A DNA stretch of 64,000 nucleotides, taken from assembly GCA_009773765.1 (NCBI GenBank), contig WTWZ01000004.1:66507-130506 (forward strand), in the 5' to 3' direction. The stretch's first letter is position 1. Each line of letters starts with the position of its first letter. The translations under genes were made by a program, and so were the position numbers. This DNA comes from Prolixibacteraceae bacterium (lineage in GTDB: Bacteria > Bacteroidota > Bacteroidia > Bacteroidales > Prolixibacteraceae). The notes below the pieces were generated by a model. The model saw only the letters and a program-made list of their open reading frames with translations, did not search any database and was not told where the DNA came from. Shown piece after piece: positions 42,331-51,388 of this stretch.

Positions 42331-43620
42331 TTAACCTTTAATATCGTACTCCTTGATTTTGCGATAAAGTGTCCGCTCCGAAATTCCCAGTTCCTGTGCT
42401 GCATATTTTCGCTTTCCCTTGTGCTTTTCAAGCGCCTTAATAATCATTTCAATTTCCTTGTCTTCCAGCGAAAGCGATTCTTCCACAAACTCTTCTGTGT
42501 CCTGAATGTTTTCCTTTTCAACCTTATCGAAATGAATGTGTTTCGAGACCGATTCTTTTGAAACAAAATTATTTGAATCGTTATCATACAAATTTCGGAA
42601 TACCTTCGCCTGATCGCTGTTCCCTGCCTGATCTTTACTTTCCATGATTTCGAGCACTAATTTCCTCAGCTCAGTCATGTCGCGTTTCATGTCAAATAAA
42701 ACCTTGTAAAGAATTTCCCTTTCGTTTGAAAAGGTACTTTCCTCTGTTTTTGAAAAAAGGGCCGGCAAATTCTTTGTAGCGTCAACCGGTAAATAGTTCC
42801 TCAGTATTTCAGCCGTAATATCCCTTTCTTTTTCAATAATAGAAATTTGCTCAGTAATATTTTTTAACTGCCGCACGTTTCCCGGCCAGCGATAATTCAT
42901 TAATAGCGCCTTTGCCTGCTCGTCCAGAATTATCGGGGGCATACGGTATTTCTCGGCAAAATCGCGGGCAAATTTACGGAATAACAGATTAATATCTTCA
43001 GGCCTTTCCCTTAAGGGTGTAATAACAATAGGAACAGTATTTAAACGGTAATACAAATCTTCCCTGAATTTTCCGGCTTCAATGGCTTGCGGCAAATCAA
43101 CGTTAGTGGCTGCAATAACCCGAACATTGGTTTTTAAAACTTTCGATGAACCTACTTTAATAAATTCGCCTGTTTCAAGCACTCTTAACAACCGTACCTG
43201 TGTTGCCAGTGGTAATTCGCCAATTTCGTCGAGAAAAATGGTGCCACCGTCGGCTTCCTGAAAATATCCCTTCCTGTCGGCCAGAGCGCCGGTAAATGAG
43301 CCTTTCTCGTGTCCGAAAAGTTCCGAATCGATAGTTCCTTCAGGAATTGCCCCGCAGTTAACGGCAATGTATTTCCCATGTTTCCGGCTCGAATACTGGT
43401 GAATAATTTGCGGGAATATCTCTTTTCCCGTGCCACTTTCGCCGGTAATTAAAACCGACAAATCGGTTGGCGCCACCTGCACCGCTACTTCGATTGCACG
43501 GTTTAAGATGGCTGAATTCCCAATAATTTCAAATCGTTGTTTTACCCCCTGTACATCCATATTAGAAAGCCCCTCTAACCTCCCCAAAGGGGAGGGAATT
43601 TTAAAAACTTCTGTTTTCAA
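42331..43620 (-). CDS. Sigma-54-dependent transcriptional activator (AAA+ plus Fis-type HTH, no N-terminal sensory domain)
   Basis: Walker A is GESGTGKE, the GAFTGA-equivalent is GSFTGA, Walker B is LDEIGEL, and the C-terminal HTH is AAQELGISERTLYRKIKEY. The AAA+ core begins within about 30 residues of the N-terminus. An alternative ATG lies at 43560. Confidence 0.9.
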   Translation of the reverse strand: MKTEVFKIPSPLGRLEGLSNMDVQGVKQRFEIIGNSAILNRAIEVAVQVAPTDLSVLITGESGTGKEIFPQIIHQYSSRKHGKYIAVNCGAIPEGTIDSELFGHEKGSFTGALADRKGYFQEADGGTIFLDEIGELPLATQVRLLRVLETGEFIKVGSSKVLKTNVRVIAATNVDLPQAIEAGKFREDLYYRLNTVPIVITPLRERPEDINLLFRKFARDFAEKYRMPPIILDEQAKALLMNYRWPGNVRQLKNITEQISIIEKERDITAEILRNYLPVDATKNLPALFSKTEESTFSNEREILYKVLFDMKRDMTELRKLVLEIMESKDQAGNSDQAKVFRNLYDNDSNNFVSKESVSKHIHFDKVEKENIQDTEEFVEESLSLEDKEIEMIIKALEKHKGKRKYAAQELGISERTLYRKIKEYDIKG

Positions 43621-43747
43621 ATTGGATTACGCGTTTATTTAATTTCAAAATAAATCAAAACTCAATTTCGGGTGCAAATTTAAGATTTTTAGCTGTCAAA
43701 TATCCTACTTGAAGATTATTAACCTTTTTTATTGATAGATTTGTCAC

Positions 43748-44503
43748 ATGAAATTTATCGCAATTATACCTGCACGATATCAGTCAATCCGTTTCCCCGG
43801 GAAACCATTGGCATTAATAAACAATAAACCTATGATTCGATGGGTATATGAAAATGTTATAAAAGCAGTGGACAAAGCATGGGTTGCCACCGATGACGAA
43901 CGTATTTTTAGGGCTGTTGAAGATTTTGGAGGAAAAGCAATCGAAACACTTTCAACACACCAAAGCGGAACCGACAGGTGTGCGGAAGCTGCGCGAAAGA
44001 TAGGTGAAAACTTTGATTTCGATGTGGTGATCAACGTTCAGGGCGATGAACCATTTATTCAGGCAAAACAAATTGAGTTATTAAAATCCTGTTTTTCAAC
44101 CGATGCCGATATTGCTACCCTGATTAAAAAGATTGATTCTGCCGAAGAATTATTTAACCCGAACCGGCCCAAGGTTGTTATCGATAATCAAAAAAATGCA
44201 TTGTATTTCAGCCGTTCCCCTATTCCGTTTGTACGGGGCACTGAAAACGAAAACTGGGTTTCGGTGCAAACATTTTGGGCACATATCGGTATGTATGCAT
44301 TTAAAAAAGAGGTATTGCAGCAGATTTCAAAACTTAATCAGGGAGAACTGGAAAAGGCGGAATCCCTGGAACAATTGCGCTGGCTCGAAAACGGGTTTAA
44401 TATTAAAACAGCAGTTACTGAACACCAGGGTATTGGAATTGATACGCCTGCGGATTTGGAACAGGCTTTGCAATATTTAAGAAATAATTTAGTCTTTGAA
44501 TAA
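43748..44503 (+). CDS. kdsB: 3-deoxy-manno-octulosonate cytidylyltransferase (CMP-Kdo synthetase)
   Basis: 251 aa containing IIPARYQSIRFPGKPL and NVQGDEP. Confidence 0.93.
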   Translation: MKFIAIIPARYQSIRFPGKPLALINNKPMIRWVYENVIKAVDKAWVATDDERIFRAVEDFGGKAIETLSTHQSGTDRCAEAARKIGENFDFDVVINVQGDEPFIQAKQIELLKSCFSTDADIATLIKKIDSAEELFNPNRPKVVIDNQKNALYFSRSPIPFVRGTENENWVSVQTFWAHIGMYAFKKEVLQQISKLNQGELEKAESLEQLRWLENGFNIKTAVTEHQGIGIDTPADLEQALQYLRNNLVFE

Positions 44504-44546
44504 AAAGGCACAACATTTGTAGCTTAAAAATCGTAATTTTACTTGA

Positions 44547-44912
44547 ATGAGAATATTTTTACTTATAACATTTATCATAGTTTCGGTTTCGGTTTTTTCA
44601 CAAAACCTGCAGGCAAATCCTCCGGGCTTGAACACCCGGTTTTCGGAAGAAAGCACCCTTTCATTGGAACTCAGGGTATATCCTAATCCCGCTACTGACG
44701 GTAAAGTTACAGTTGAAATCAATAGCCAGGAAATTAGCGAAATACGATTAACCAACATTACAGGTAAAGAAGTATTTCTGAAAAAATTTCAGTTAGCCGA
44801 AAACAAAAAGGAAATTCAGTTAAACGACATTCCAAACGGGTTATATATCATTCGGATAATAACTTCAGGCCAAAATCAGGTGATGAAGAAACTGATGGTT
44901 GCCAAAAACTAA
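44547..44912 (+). CDS. Mini-protein consisting of a signal peptide plus a T9SS type-A C-terminal sorting domain
   Basis: 121 aa. It has the signal peptide MRIFLLITFIIVSVSVFSQ, then only about 25 residues, then a CTD (LRVYPNPATDGKVTV...GLYIIRIITSGQNQVMKKLMV). Confidence 0.75.
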   Translation: MRIFLLITFIIVSVSVFSQNLQANPPGLNTRFSEESTLSLELRVYPNPATDGKVTVEINSQEISEIRLTNITGKEVFLKKFQLAENKKEIQLNDIPNGLYIIRIITSGQNQVMKKLMVAKN

Positions 44913-45255
44913 TAGTTGCCCTTTTTTGTTTTCGATTAAAGAAAAAATTCGACAGAATTTTAGCAGATTGACTTCTTATTTAATCATCAGATTTTTTTTA
45001 GCTTTTTCAATTGTCAGTTGTTAAATTCCCTTTGATTATTAAACCGATATGCTTTTAATTTAGTTCATATCAATAAACTCTCAAATTAATAGTTTTATCT
45101 TAATTTGAAAACTGCTTTCCTCAATTCAGACTTTAGTCACTTGTAAACCAAAACTTAACAAAGACCATTATATGTTTCTCCAATATCGGCAATTTGCAAT
45201 CACTGAATTTTATGTATGTTTGAAACCAGTGACAGAAATCAGACATTAAAAAAAA

Positions 45256-45525
45256 ATGCAAGAATTTGAGTTGGTTGGTTGGATTGGAGCAGTTACTTTT
45301 GTTATTGCATATTTATTTTTGAGTATTAAAATCCTATCTCCTGATAAGATTTTATATCATGCTTTAAATGCCATTGGCGGACTTTGCCTTACTATCAGTT
45401 CTGATTACTACAAGGACACTCCAGGTTTTTTTGTTAATTTAATTTGGATGTGTATTGCATTGTATTCAATATTTAGAGTTGTTAGGCTTGGATTGAGAAC
45501 TAAAAAGCAAACAACTACTTTATGA
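45256..45525 (+). CDS. Small 3-TM membrane protein (unassigned)
   Basis: 89 aa with three hydrophobic helices. Its 3' end overlaps the convergent TetR gene by 11 nt, and it lies in an AT-rich stretch. Confidence 0.5.
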   Translation: MQEFELVGWIGAVTFVIAYLFLSIKILSPDKILYHALNAIGGLCLTISSDYYKDTPGFFVNLIWMCIALYSIFRVVRLGLRTKKQTTTL

Positions 45526-46108
45526 CCTGAAGGATTTCCAATACATGTTGTTTATAACACTCAACTTTTATGTTGTACTCTTTTTTATCATCTACAAGTC
45601 CCAGGTAATAATATGCACCCTCCAATAAAGCAAATATTATTTCAGTTTGATTATCAATATTTTCAAGTTTAATAATTTCGCTTTTCTGAGCATCCATAAA
45701 CGATTGTTTTAAAATTGACCGCAATGAATCGTGCAGTTGTTTGAATTTGCTTTGGAATTTCTTGTTTCGGAATACATGAGCATAGCAGCTATAAAAAACA
45801 CCATCATCGAACAGTCGATTCCACTTCCTGGAAAATAATTTATCTATTAAATCAAGAAGCTTTTCAGTGGAATTTATTTTTCCATTGGATGTATATATTT
45901 GTAAATATCTTTCAAGAATGTACTCAATAAGAGCAACTTCAAGTTCTTGCTTTGACTTAAAATAATGAATAATTAAACTTGGATTAATTTTCAAATGTTC
46001 AGCCACCTTTGCAATTGATGTTTTATCTAATCCTTCACGTTTTGCAACAAGGTAAAATGATTTTACAATTTCCTTTTGTCGGATTTCCTTTAAACTTTTT
46101 CGCCCCAT
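45515..46108 (-). CDS. TetR/AcrR-family transcriptional regulator
   Basis: 197 aa with the N-terminal HTH EIVKSFYLVAKREGLDKTSIAKVAEHLKINPSLIIHYFKSKQEL. It is divergent from susC. Confidence 0.88.
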   Translation of the reverse strand: MGRKSLKEIRQKEIVKSFYLVAKREGLDKTSIAKVAEHLKINPSLIIHYFKSKQELEVALIEYILERYLQIYTSNGKINSTEKLLDLIDKLFSRKWNRLFDDGVFYSCYAHVFRNKKFQSKFKQLHDSLRSILKQSFMDAQKSEIIKLENIDNQTEIIFALLEGAYYYLGLVDDKKEYNIKVECYKQHVLEILQVIK

Positions 46109-46252
46109 CTATTATAATAAAGAGATTAAACCTAATAAATCAGACCGATTCCATTAAAATTATCAAATGATTCCACAAATTTTTGGATCAATATGAATTT
46201 ATTTTGAACGTAAAACTAAGGAAATAAAAAATTATAAGCAATATATATTGAA

Positions 46253-46262
46253 TGAACGTTCA
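46253..46262. promoter_or_regulatory. Candidate TetR operator: perfect palindrome TGAACGTTCA (half-site TTTGAACGT repeated at 46203-46211)
   Basis: Read from the sequence in the 288-bp tetR/susC divergent intergenic region. The half-site TTTGAACGT occurs once on each strand. Confidence 0.4.
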
Positions 46263-46396
46263 AACAAATTTGTATATAAAATAATTAATTACTATTATTG
46301 TATGCATCAATTTTACTTTAAATAAATGTTCTTTCAATTTTAAAAAATACAATTGACAACTTAATAACAGATCAATATTCTACTAATTTAAATTTT

Positions 46397-49300
46397 ATGG
46401 AGAAGTACATTTTACTTAACAGAGAGCAAGTTCAAAAATTTATATTCACTTCTGCAGTTTTGATTTCAATGTTTATGCTGTCATTTCAGGTTAGTGCCCA
46501 GGGAGTGCAGGTAAGAGGAAAAGTTGTAGCAAAAAGTGACAATTCAGGACTCCCCGGAGTTTCAATTATTGTAATAGGCACTTCAGTTGGAGTTGTTACC
46601 GATGTTGAAGGGAATTATCAAATTTCTGCACCTGATAACAACAGTATACTTCTTTTTTCTTTTATTGGTATGAAAACACAGGAAGTTGAAATTAAAGGTC
46701 AACCAGTGATTGATATTATATTGAATGAATCAACGGAAGATCTTGATGAGGTAATAGTAGTTGGTTACGGCACCCAAAAAAAGGTTAACCTTTCAGGCGC
46801 TGTTAATCAGGTTAATCTTGAATCACTTAACAGTCGTCCAATTACAAACATTGCTCAGGGATTACAAGGGCTGGTTCCAAACTTAAACATCGATATGCTG
46901 GGAGGTGAGCCTGGAGCTTCACCTTCATTTAATATTCGTGGTTTCACTTCTATTAATGGTGGCTCACCCTTTATATTAATTGATGGCGTTCCTTCAACAA
47001 CTGAAGAACTTAATCGATTAAATCCTACGGACATAGAAACTCTTTCCGTTTTAAAAGATGCCTCATCAGCAGCAATTTATGGAGCAAGAGCAGCATTTGG
47101 CGTAATTTTACTTACAACCAAAAAGGGGAGTCGACAAGGGGTTCACCTCGATTATAACGGATCAGTTTCTTATGGCAGACCAACTATTTTGCCTGAACCA
47201 GTAAAAGATCCATACTACATTTTAAGTACGCAAAAAGAAGCTGCCCGCGACTGGCAGGCATTGTTTAATCCATCGCAACAACAGCTTGATTATGCAAAAC
47301 AGCGTTCTTTAGATCCTTCACTACCATCTGTAATCGTCGATCCCAACGACCCTGAAAAGTGGTTTTATGCAGGAAATTTCGACTGGTACAATTTTTTCCT
47401 CAATGATTATGCTCAAACTACCGAACACACCATGTCAGTGAGTGGAATATCAGAAACCGTAAATTATTATTTCTCAGTTAACTATTTGAATCAGGATGGG
47501 ATAATAAAGTTAGCTGATGATTTGTATGAAAGACTAAACCTCCGAAGCAAAATTGAATTTAAAGTCAGCGATTGGCTGTCGGTTTCAAACAACACCGTAC
47601 TTATTAACACAAACAGGGACAAACCTTCCCAGGATGTTCTTTATGGAATTTACTATCCTGTACCTGTCCAGGTTCCGTACAACCCTGACGGCAGCTGGTC
47701 TGATACTTTCGGTGGCCGCGAAGCTGCACGGGTAAAAGAAGGTGGAACACAAAACACAGAAACCAACGGGTTTCAATCAACTGTGGCTTTTACCGCTAAA
47801 TTTCTTAAAGATGCGCTTCAAATAAACGGTGATTTTACTTATAAAAGGGAAAATTCAACACAGTCTTTCACCCGGAAAAAAGTGTACTACAGCCCGGGCC
47901 CCGGGATTATCAGGGACGATGGCACAAACAACAGCGCCTGGGAGTGGTATTTTAATGACAAATATGCTGTTTCCAATTTGTATGCTTCGTTTAATAAAAC
48001 TATTAATAAACACTTTTTAGGCGCTATTGCAGGTTATAACCAGGAATCAAGAGTTAGTAAAAATTTCTGGGCAGAAAGGGCTGAATTAATAAGCGACGAC
48101 CTTCCTTCCATCGAACTTGCAACCGGTGAAATGGATGTTGGGGCAGACTATTACGACTGGGCCATCAGGGGCGCATTTTTAAGGCTTAATTATATCTTCG
48201 GTGAAAAATACATTGTTGAATTAAACTCCCGTTATGATGGTTCATCACGCTTTCCGGTTAACAACAGATTTGGGCTCTTTCCCTCTTTTTCCGCAGCATG
48301 GCGGATGTCAGAGGAACAATTCATGGATTTTTCAACTAATTTTTTAAGCAATTTAAAATTCAGGGGTTCATGGGGAACTCTTGGAAATCAAAGTATTGGA
48401 CCTTACGATTATATCGAGAAAATGGAAACCTATAAGATTTGGGAAATTCTGGGAGGGAAAAGGCCGGTAGCTGTTGGCCCTCCACAATTGGTTGCACAGA
48501 ATTTTACATGGGAATCCGTCACTTCGAGAAATATTGGCGTTGATATTGGCCTTTTTGACGGCAAATTAACTACCGAATTTGATTATTATCTCCGCGACAC
48601 AAAAGACATGCTAACCACAGGCAAAGAATTACCCGCAGTACTCGGCGCTGACGAGCCACTGGAAAATGCAGCCGACCTGCAAACAAAAGGTTGGGAACTA
48701 ACACTTAATTTAAATGAAAAATTTAACCTGGCAAATTATCCTTTTCTTTTAACAGCCAGGTTTATTTTATCCGACAGCAAAACTTTTATTACCCGCTTTG
48801 ACAATCCGGATAATCTTCTTGACCAATATTATGAAGGGCATGAGGTTGGTACGATTTGGGGCTTGGTTAACGATGGATTTTTTAACAACCAGGAAGAAAT
48901 TGACAATGGGGCCGACCAAAGATGGTTGTCGCCGTGGGGCCTTGCAACCCAGGTTGGCTGGAACAGGTATGCCGATTTAAATAATGACGGGTACATCAAC
49001 AACGGATCTAATACCGTTAACGACCCCGGTGATTTAAAAATAATTGGCAACAGTTCGTCACGGTATCGTTTTGGTTTTGATCTTTCGGGGAACTGGAAAG
49101 GATTTGATTTGCGCATGTTTTTACAGGGAATAGCAAAAAAAGATTTCTATCCTCAGGGATATTTCTACTGGGGGCAATTTTACAAACCTTACCAAAATAC
49201 TTACAAACACATGCAGGGCAATACCTGGACTGAGGAAAACAAGGAGGCATTTTTCCCCCGAAACACTGCATGGTTAGCCGATGTCTGGGGAAAAGGGCTT

Positions 49301-49564
49301 TCAAGGGAGCAGTCTCAATACTTGATGAGCGCCAGCTATTTAAGGATAAAAAATTTAATGTTGGGGTATCAAATACCTAAACAACTGACATCTAAAATTG
49401 GGATAGACTATCTGAGATTTTATGTAAGCGGCGAAAACCTGTGGGAATGGTCCGGATTAACTGAAGTATTCGACCCTGAAGCAGTAAATGATGCTTACTG
49501 GGACTGGGGATGGGTTTATCCTTTCCAAAGGCGTTATTCGGTTGGTGTAAATATCCGTTTTTAA
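46397..49564 (+). CDS. SusC/RagA-family TonB-dependent outer-membrane transporter
   Basis: 1055 aa with a signal peptide, a CarboxypepD_reg-like domain (VRGKVVAKSDNSGLPGVSIIVIGTSVGVVTDVEGNYQI), a TonB-box/plug start DEVIVVGYGTQKK and a terminal aromatic ...VGVNIRF. No STN/anti-sigma domain is present. Confidence 0.93.
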   Translation: MEKYILLNREQVQKFIFTSAVLISMFMLSFQVSAQGVQVRGKVVAKSDNSGLPGVSIIVIGTSVGVVTDVEGNYQISAPDNNSILLFSFIGMKTQEVEIKGQPVIDIILNESTEDLDEVIVVGYGTQKKVNLSGAVNQVNLESLNSRPITNIAQGLQGLVPNLNIDMLGGEPGASPSFNIRGFTSINGGSPFILIDGVPSTTEELNRLNPTDIETLSVLKDASSAAIYGARAAFGVILLTTKKGSRQGVHLDYNGSVSYGRPTILPEPVKDPYYILSTQKEAARDWQALFNPSQQQLDYAKQRSLDPSLPSVIVDPNDPEKWFYAGNFDWYNFFLNDYAQTTEHTMSVSGISETVNYYFSVNYLNQDGIIKLADDLYERLNLRSKIEFKVSDWLSVSNNTVLINTNRDKPSQDVLYGIYYPVPVQVPYNPDGSWSDTFGGREAARVKEGGTQNTETNGFQSTVAFTAKFLKDALQINGDFTYKRENSTQSFTRKKVYYSPGPGIIRDDGTNNSAWEWYFNDKYAVSNLYASFNKTINKHFLGAIAGYNQESRVSKNFWAERAELISDDLPSIELATGEMDVGADYYDWAIRGAFLRLNYIFGEKYIVELNSRYDGSSRFPVNNRFGLFPSFSAAWRMSEEQFMDFSTNFLSNLKFRGSWGTLGNQSIGPYDYIEKMETYKIWEILGGKRPVAVGPPQLVAQNFTWESVTSRNIGVDIGLFDGKLTTEFDYYLRDTKDMLTTGKELPAVLGADEPLENAADLQTKGWELTLNLNEKFNLANYPFLLTARFILSDSKTFITRFDNPDNLLDQYYEGHEVGTIWGLVNDGFFNNQEEIDNGADQRWLSPWGLATQVGWNRYADLNNDGYINNGSNTVNDPGDLKIIGNSSSRYRFGFDLSGNWKGFDLRMFLQGIAKKDFYPQGYFYWGQFYKPYQNTYKHMQGNTWTEENKEAFFPRNTAWLADVWGKGLSREQSQYLMSASYLRIKNLMLGYQIPKQLTSKIGIDYLRFYVSGENLWEWSGLTEVFDPEAVNDAYWDWGWVYPFQRRYSVGVNIRF

Positions 49565-49594
49565 ATTAGATGCGTACTATTAAATCTTTTTGGT

Positions 49595-51352
49595 ATGAAA
49601 GCAATAAAAATAATTTTTGGAATAATAACCTTTTCGCTGTTTATTGCCTGTAACGATGAATATCTTGATCGGTTGCCGCAAACACAGCTTTCGCCCCGGA
49701 ATTTTTTCAACAACCCGCAAGACCTAAAAACTTATTCCAACGGCTTTTACAGCATGTTGCCCGGCGCCGAAATTGCAACTGACGATGCCCAAAGCGACAA
49801 TTGCCTTGCAGTTCAGGCCAGTGAACTTACCCGGATACTCACTGCCGCCAATGCCAGTTCTGAAAATGTAACCAGCGGATGGGATTGGGCCGATCTCAGA
49901 AAAATAAATTTTTTCCTTGAAAATTATCAGCGGGTTGATACAAAAGCCGATTATAAAAATCACTATGCCGGGGTTGCCAGGTTTTTCAGGGCAATGTTTT
50001 ACTACAATAAAATAAAAAGGTTTGGAATTGTCCCATGGTATTCAGGAACAATGGGAACAGGCGACATCGATTTATTATACAAAACCCAGGACAGCCGCGA
50101 GTTGGTTGTAGATTCGGTAATGGCCGATCTCGATTTTGCAATTCAACATATTAAGGAAAAAGCAGACGAGTACGGGACAATTGATAAATGGTGCGCCCTG
50201 TTCTTAAAATCGAGGATTGCCCTCCACGAAGGTACATTCAGAAGATACCACCCAGAACTGAATCTTGAGGGAACTGCCAGCCATTTTTTGGAAGAATCCC
50301 GCAAAGCTTCACTTGAAATAATGAATAGTGGTAATTTTTCCATTTATTCAACAGGTAATTTTGCAAACGATTATTATAATTTTTTTGCTGCCGATGACTA
50401 TTTCGACAACAAAGAAGTTATACTATCAAGCGTTTATGATGAAAAGTTTGAAAGAGGATCAAGCCTTAATTATATTTTGTACAATTATGATTTTTCCATG
50501 ACCAAAGACCTTGTGAATACCTACCTTATGACAGATGGTACACGATTTACTGATAACGTTAGATACCCCACCCGCAAATTTGTTGATGATTTTTTAAATC
50601 GTGACCCGCGATTATTTCAAACTGTAATGGGCCCCGGGCTTACCCGAAATGGAGAAAAATATGTACCAATTGTAACTCCCGGTGGAAATCCAACCGGATA
50701 TGTTCAGCGAAAATTTTACATCGATAACCTTGAGGGGACTTATTATGGCGATATTCCTATTTATCGTTATGGCGAAGTTCTTTCAAACTATGCCGAAGCA
50801 ACCGCTGAATTAGGGTTGCTTACACAAACCGACATCGATATTTCAATTAATCTGTTACGTGACCGTGTTGGAATGCCACATATGAAATTGAATTATATCC
50901 TTACCAATTTTGATCCGATTTTGGAAGCACAATATCCAAATGTTATTGGTGAAATGAAAGGTGCAATACTTGAAATCAGGCGTGAACGTAGGGTTGAACT
51001 GGCCGGGGAAGGCCGCCGGTATGATGACTTGATGCGATGGTATTCAGGTAAACTTTTAGAAGCCGAATTCCTTGGAATGTATTTCCCCCGGACAGGAAGA
51101 TACGATATGACTGGTGACGACATTGCCGATTTAATCCTGGTTGAAAAAATGCCGCCAACTGTTGATCAGGAAGAAGGCATGGTATATTTAAGTCTTGAAA
51201 ATGTAAAATTGACTGAGGGTTTTAAAGGTAACCTGATTTCGAAAGAATCGGAAAACAAAAAATTTATTGAACCAAAATACTATTACCGCCCGGTTCCAAG
51301 GCAACAGACTATATTAAACCCGAATCTAAAACAGTTATTTGGGTGGAATTGA
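49595..51352 (+). CDS. SusD/RagB-family outer-membrane lipoprotein
   Basis: 585 aa with lipobox FSLFIAC and the SusD-typical block EIRRERRVELAGEGRRYDDLMRW. It follows susC after 30 nt. Confidence 0.92.
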   Translation: MKAIKIIFGIITFSLFIACNDEYLDRLPQTQLSPRNFFNNPQDLKTYSNGFYSMLPGAEIATDDAQSDNCLAVQASELTRILTAANASSENVTSGWDWADLRKINFFLENYQRVDTKADYKNHYAGVARFFRAMFYYNKIKRFGIVPWYSGTMGTGDIDLLYKTQDSRELVVDSVMADLDFAIQHIKEKADEYGTIDKWCALFLKSRIALHEGTFRRYHPELNLEGTASHFLEESRKASLEIMNSGNFSIYSTGNFANDYYNFFAADDYFDNKEVILSSVYDEKFERGSSLNYILYNYDFSMTKDLVNTYLMTDGTRFTDNVRYPTRKFVDDFLNRDPRLFQTVMGPGLTRNGEKYVPIVTPGGNPTGYVQRKFYIDNLEGTYYGDIPIYRYGEVLSNYAEATAELGLLTQTDIDISINLLRDRVGMPHMKLNYILTNFDPILEAQYPNVIGEMKGAILEIRRERRVELAGEGRRYDDLMRWYSGKLLEAEFLGMYFPRTGRYDMTGDDIADLILVEKMPPTVDQEEGMVYLSLENVKLTEGFKGNLISKESENKKFIEPKYYYRPVPRQQTILNPNLKQLFGWN

Positions 51353-51388
51353 AATTTAAGATATAAATTCACTTTTAATTAAATTATT

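Noticed and set aside
43579-43595. Perfect palindrome CCTCCCC-AAA-GGGGAGG upstream of, or inside the N-terminus of, the sigma-54 activator gene
   Set aside because: It is only a 7-bp stem with no U-tract, so it is not a terminator. It falls either in the 5' UTR (start at 43560) or in codons 9-14 (start at 43620). It is too short to interpret, although it would sequester a GGAGG if transcribed.
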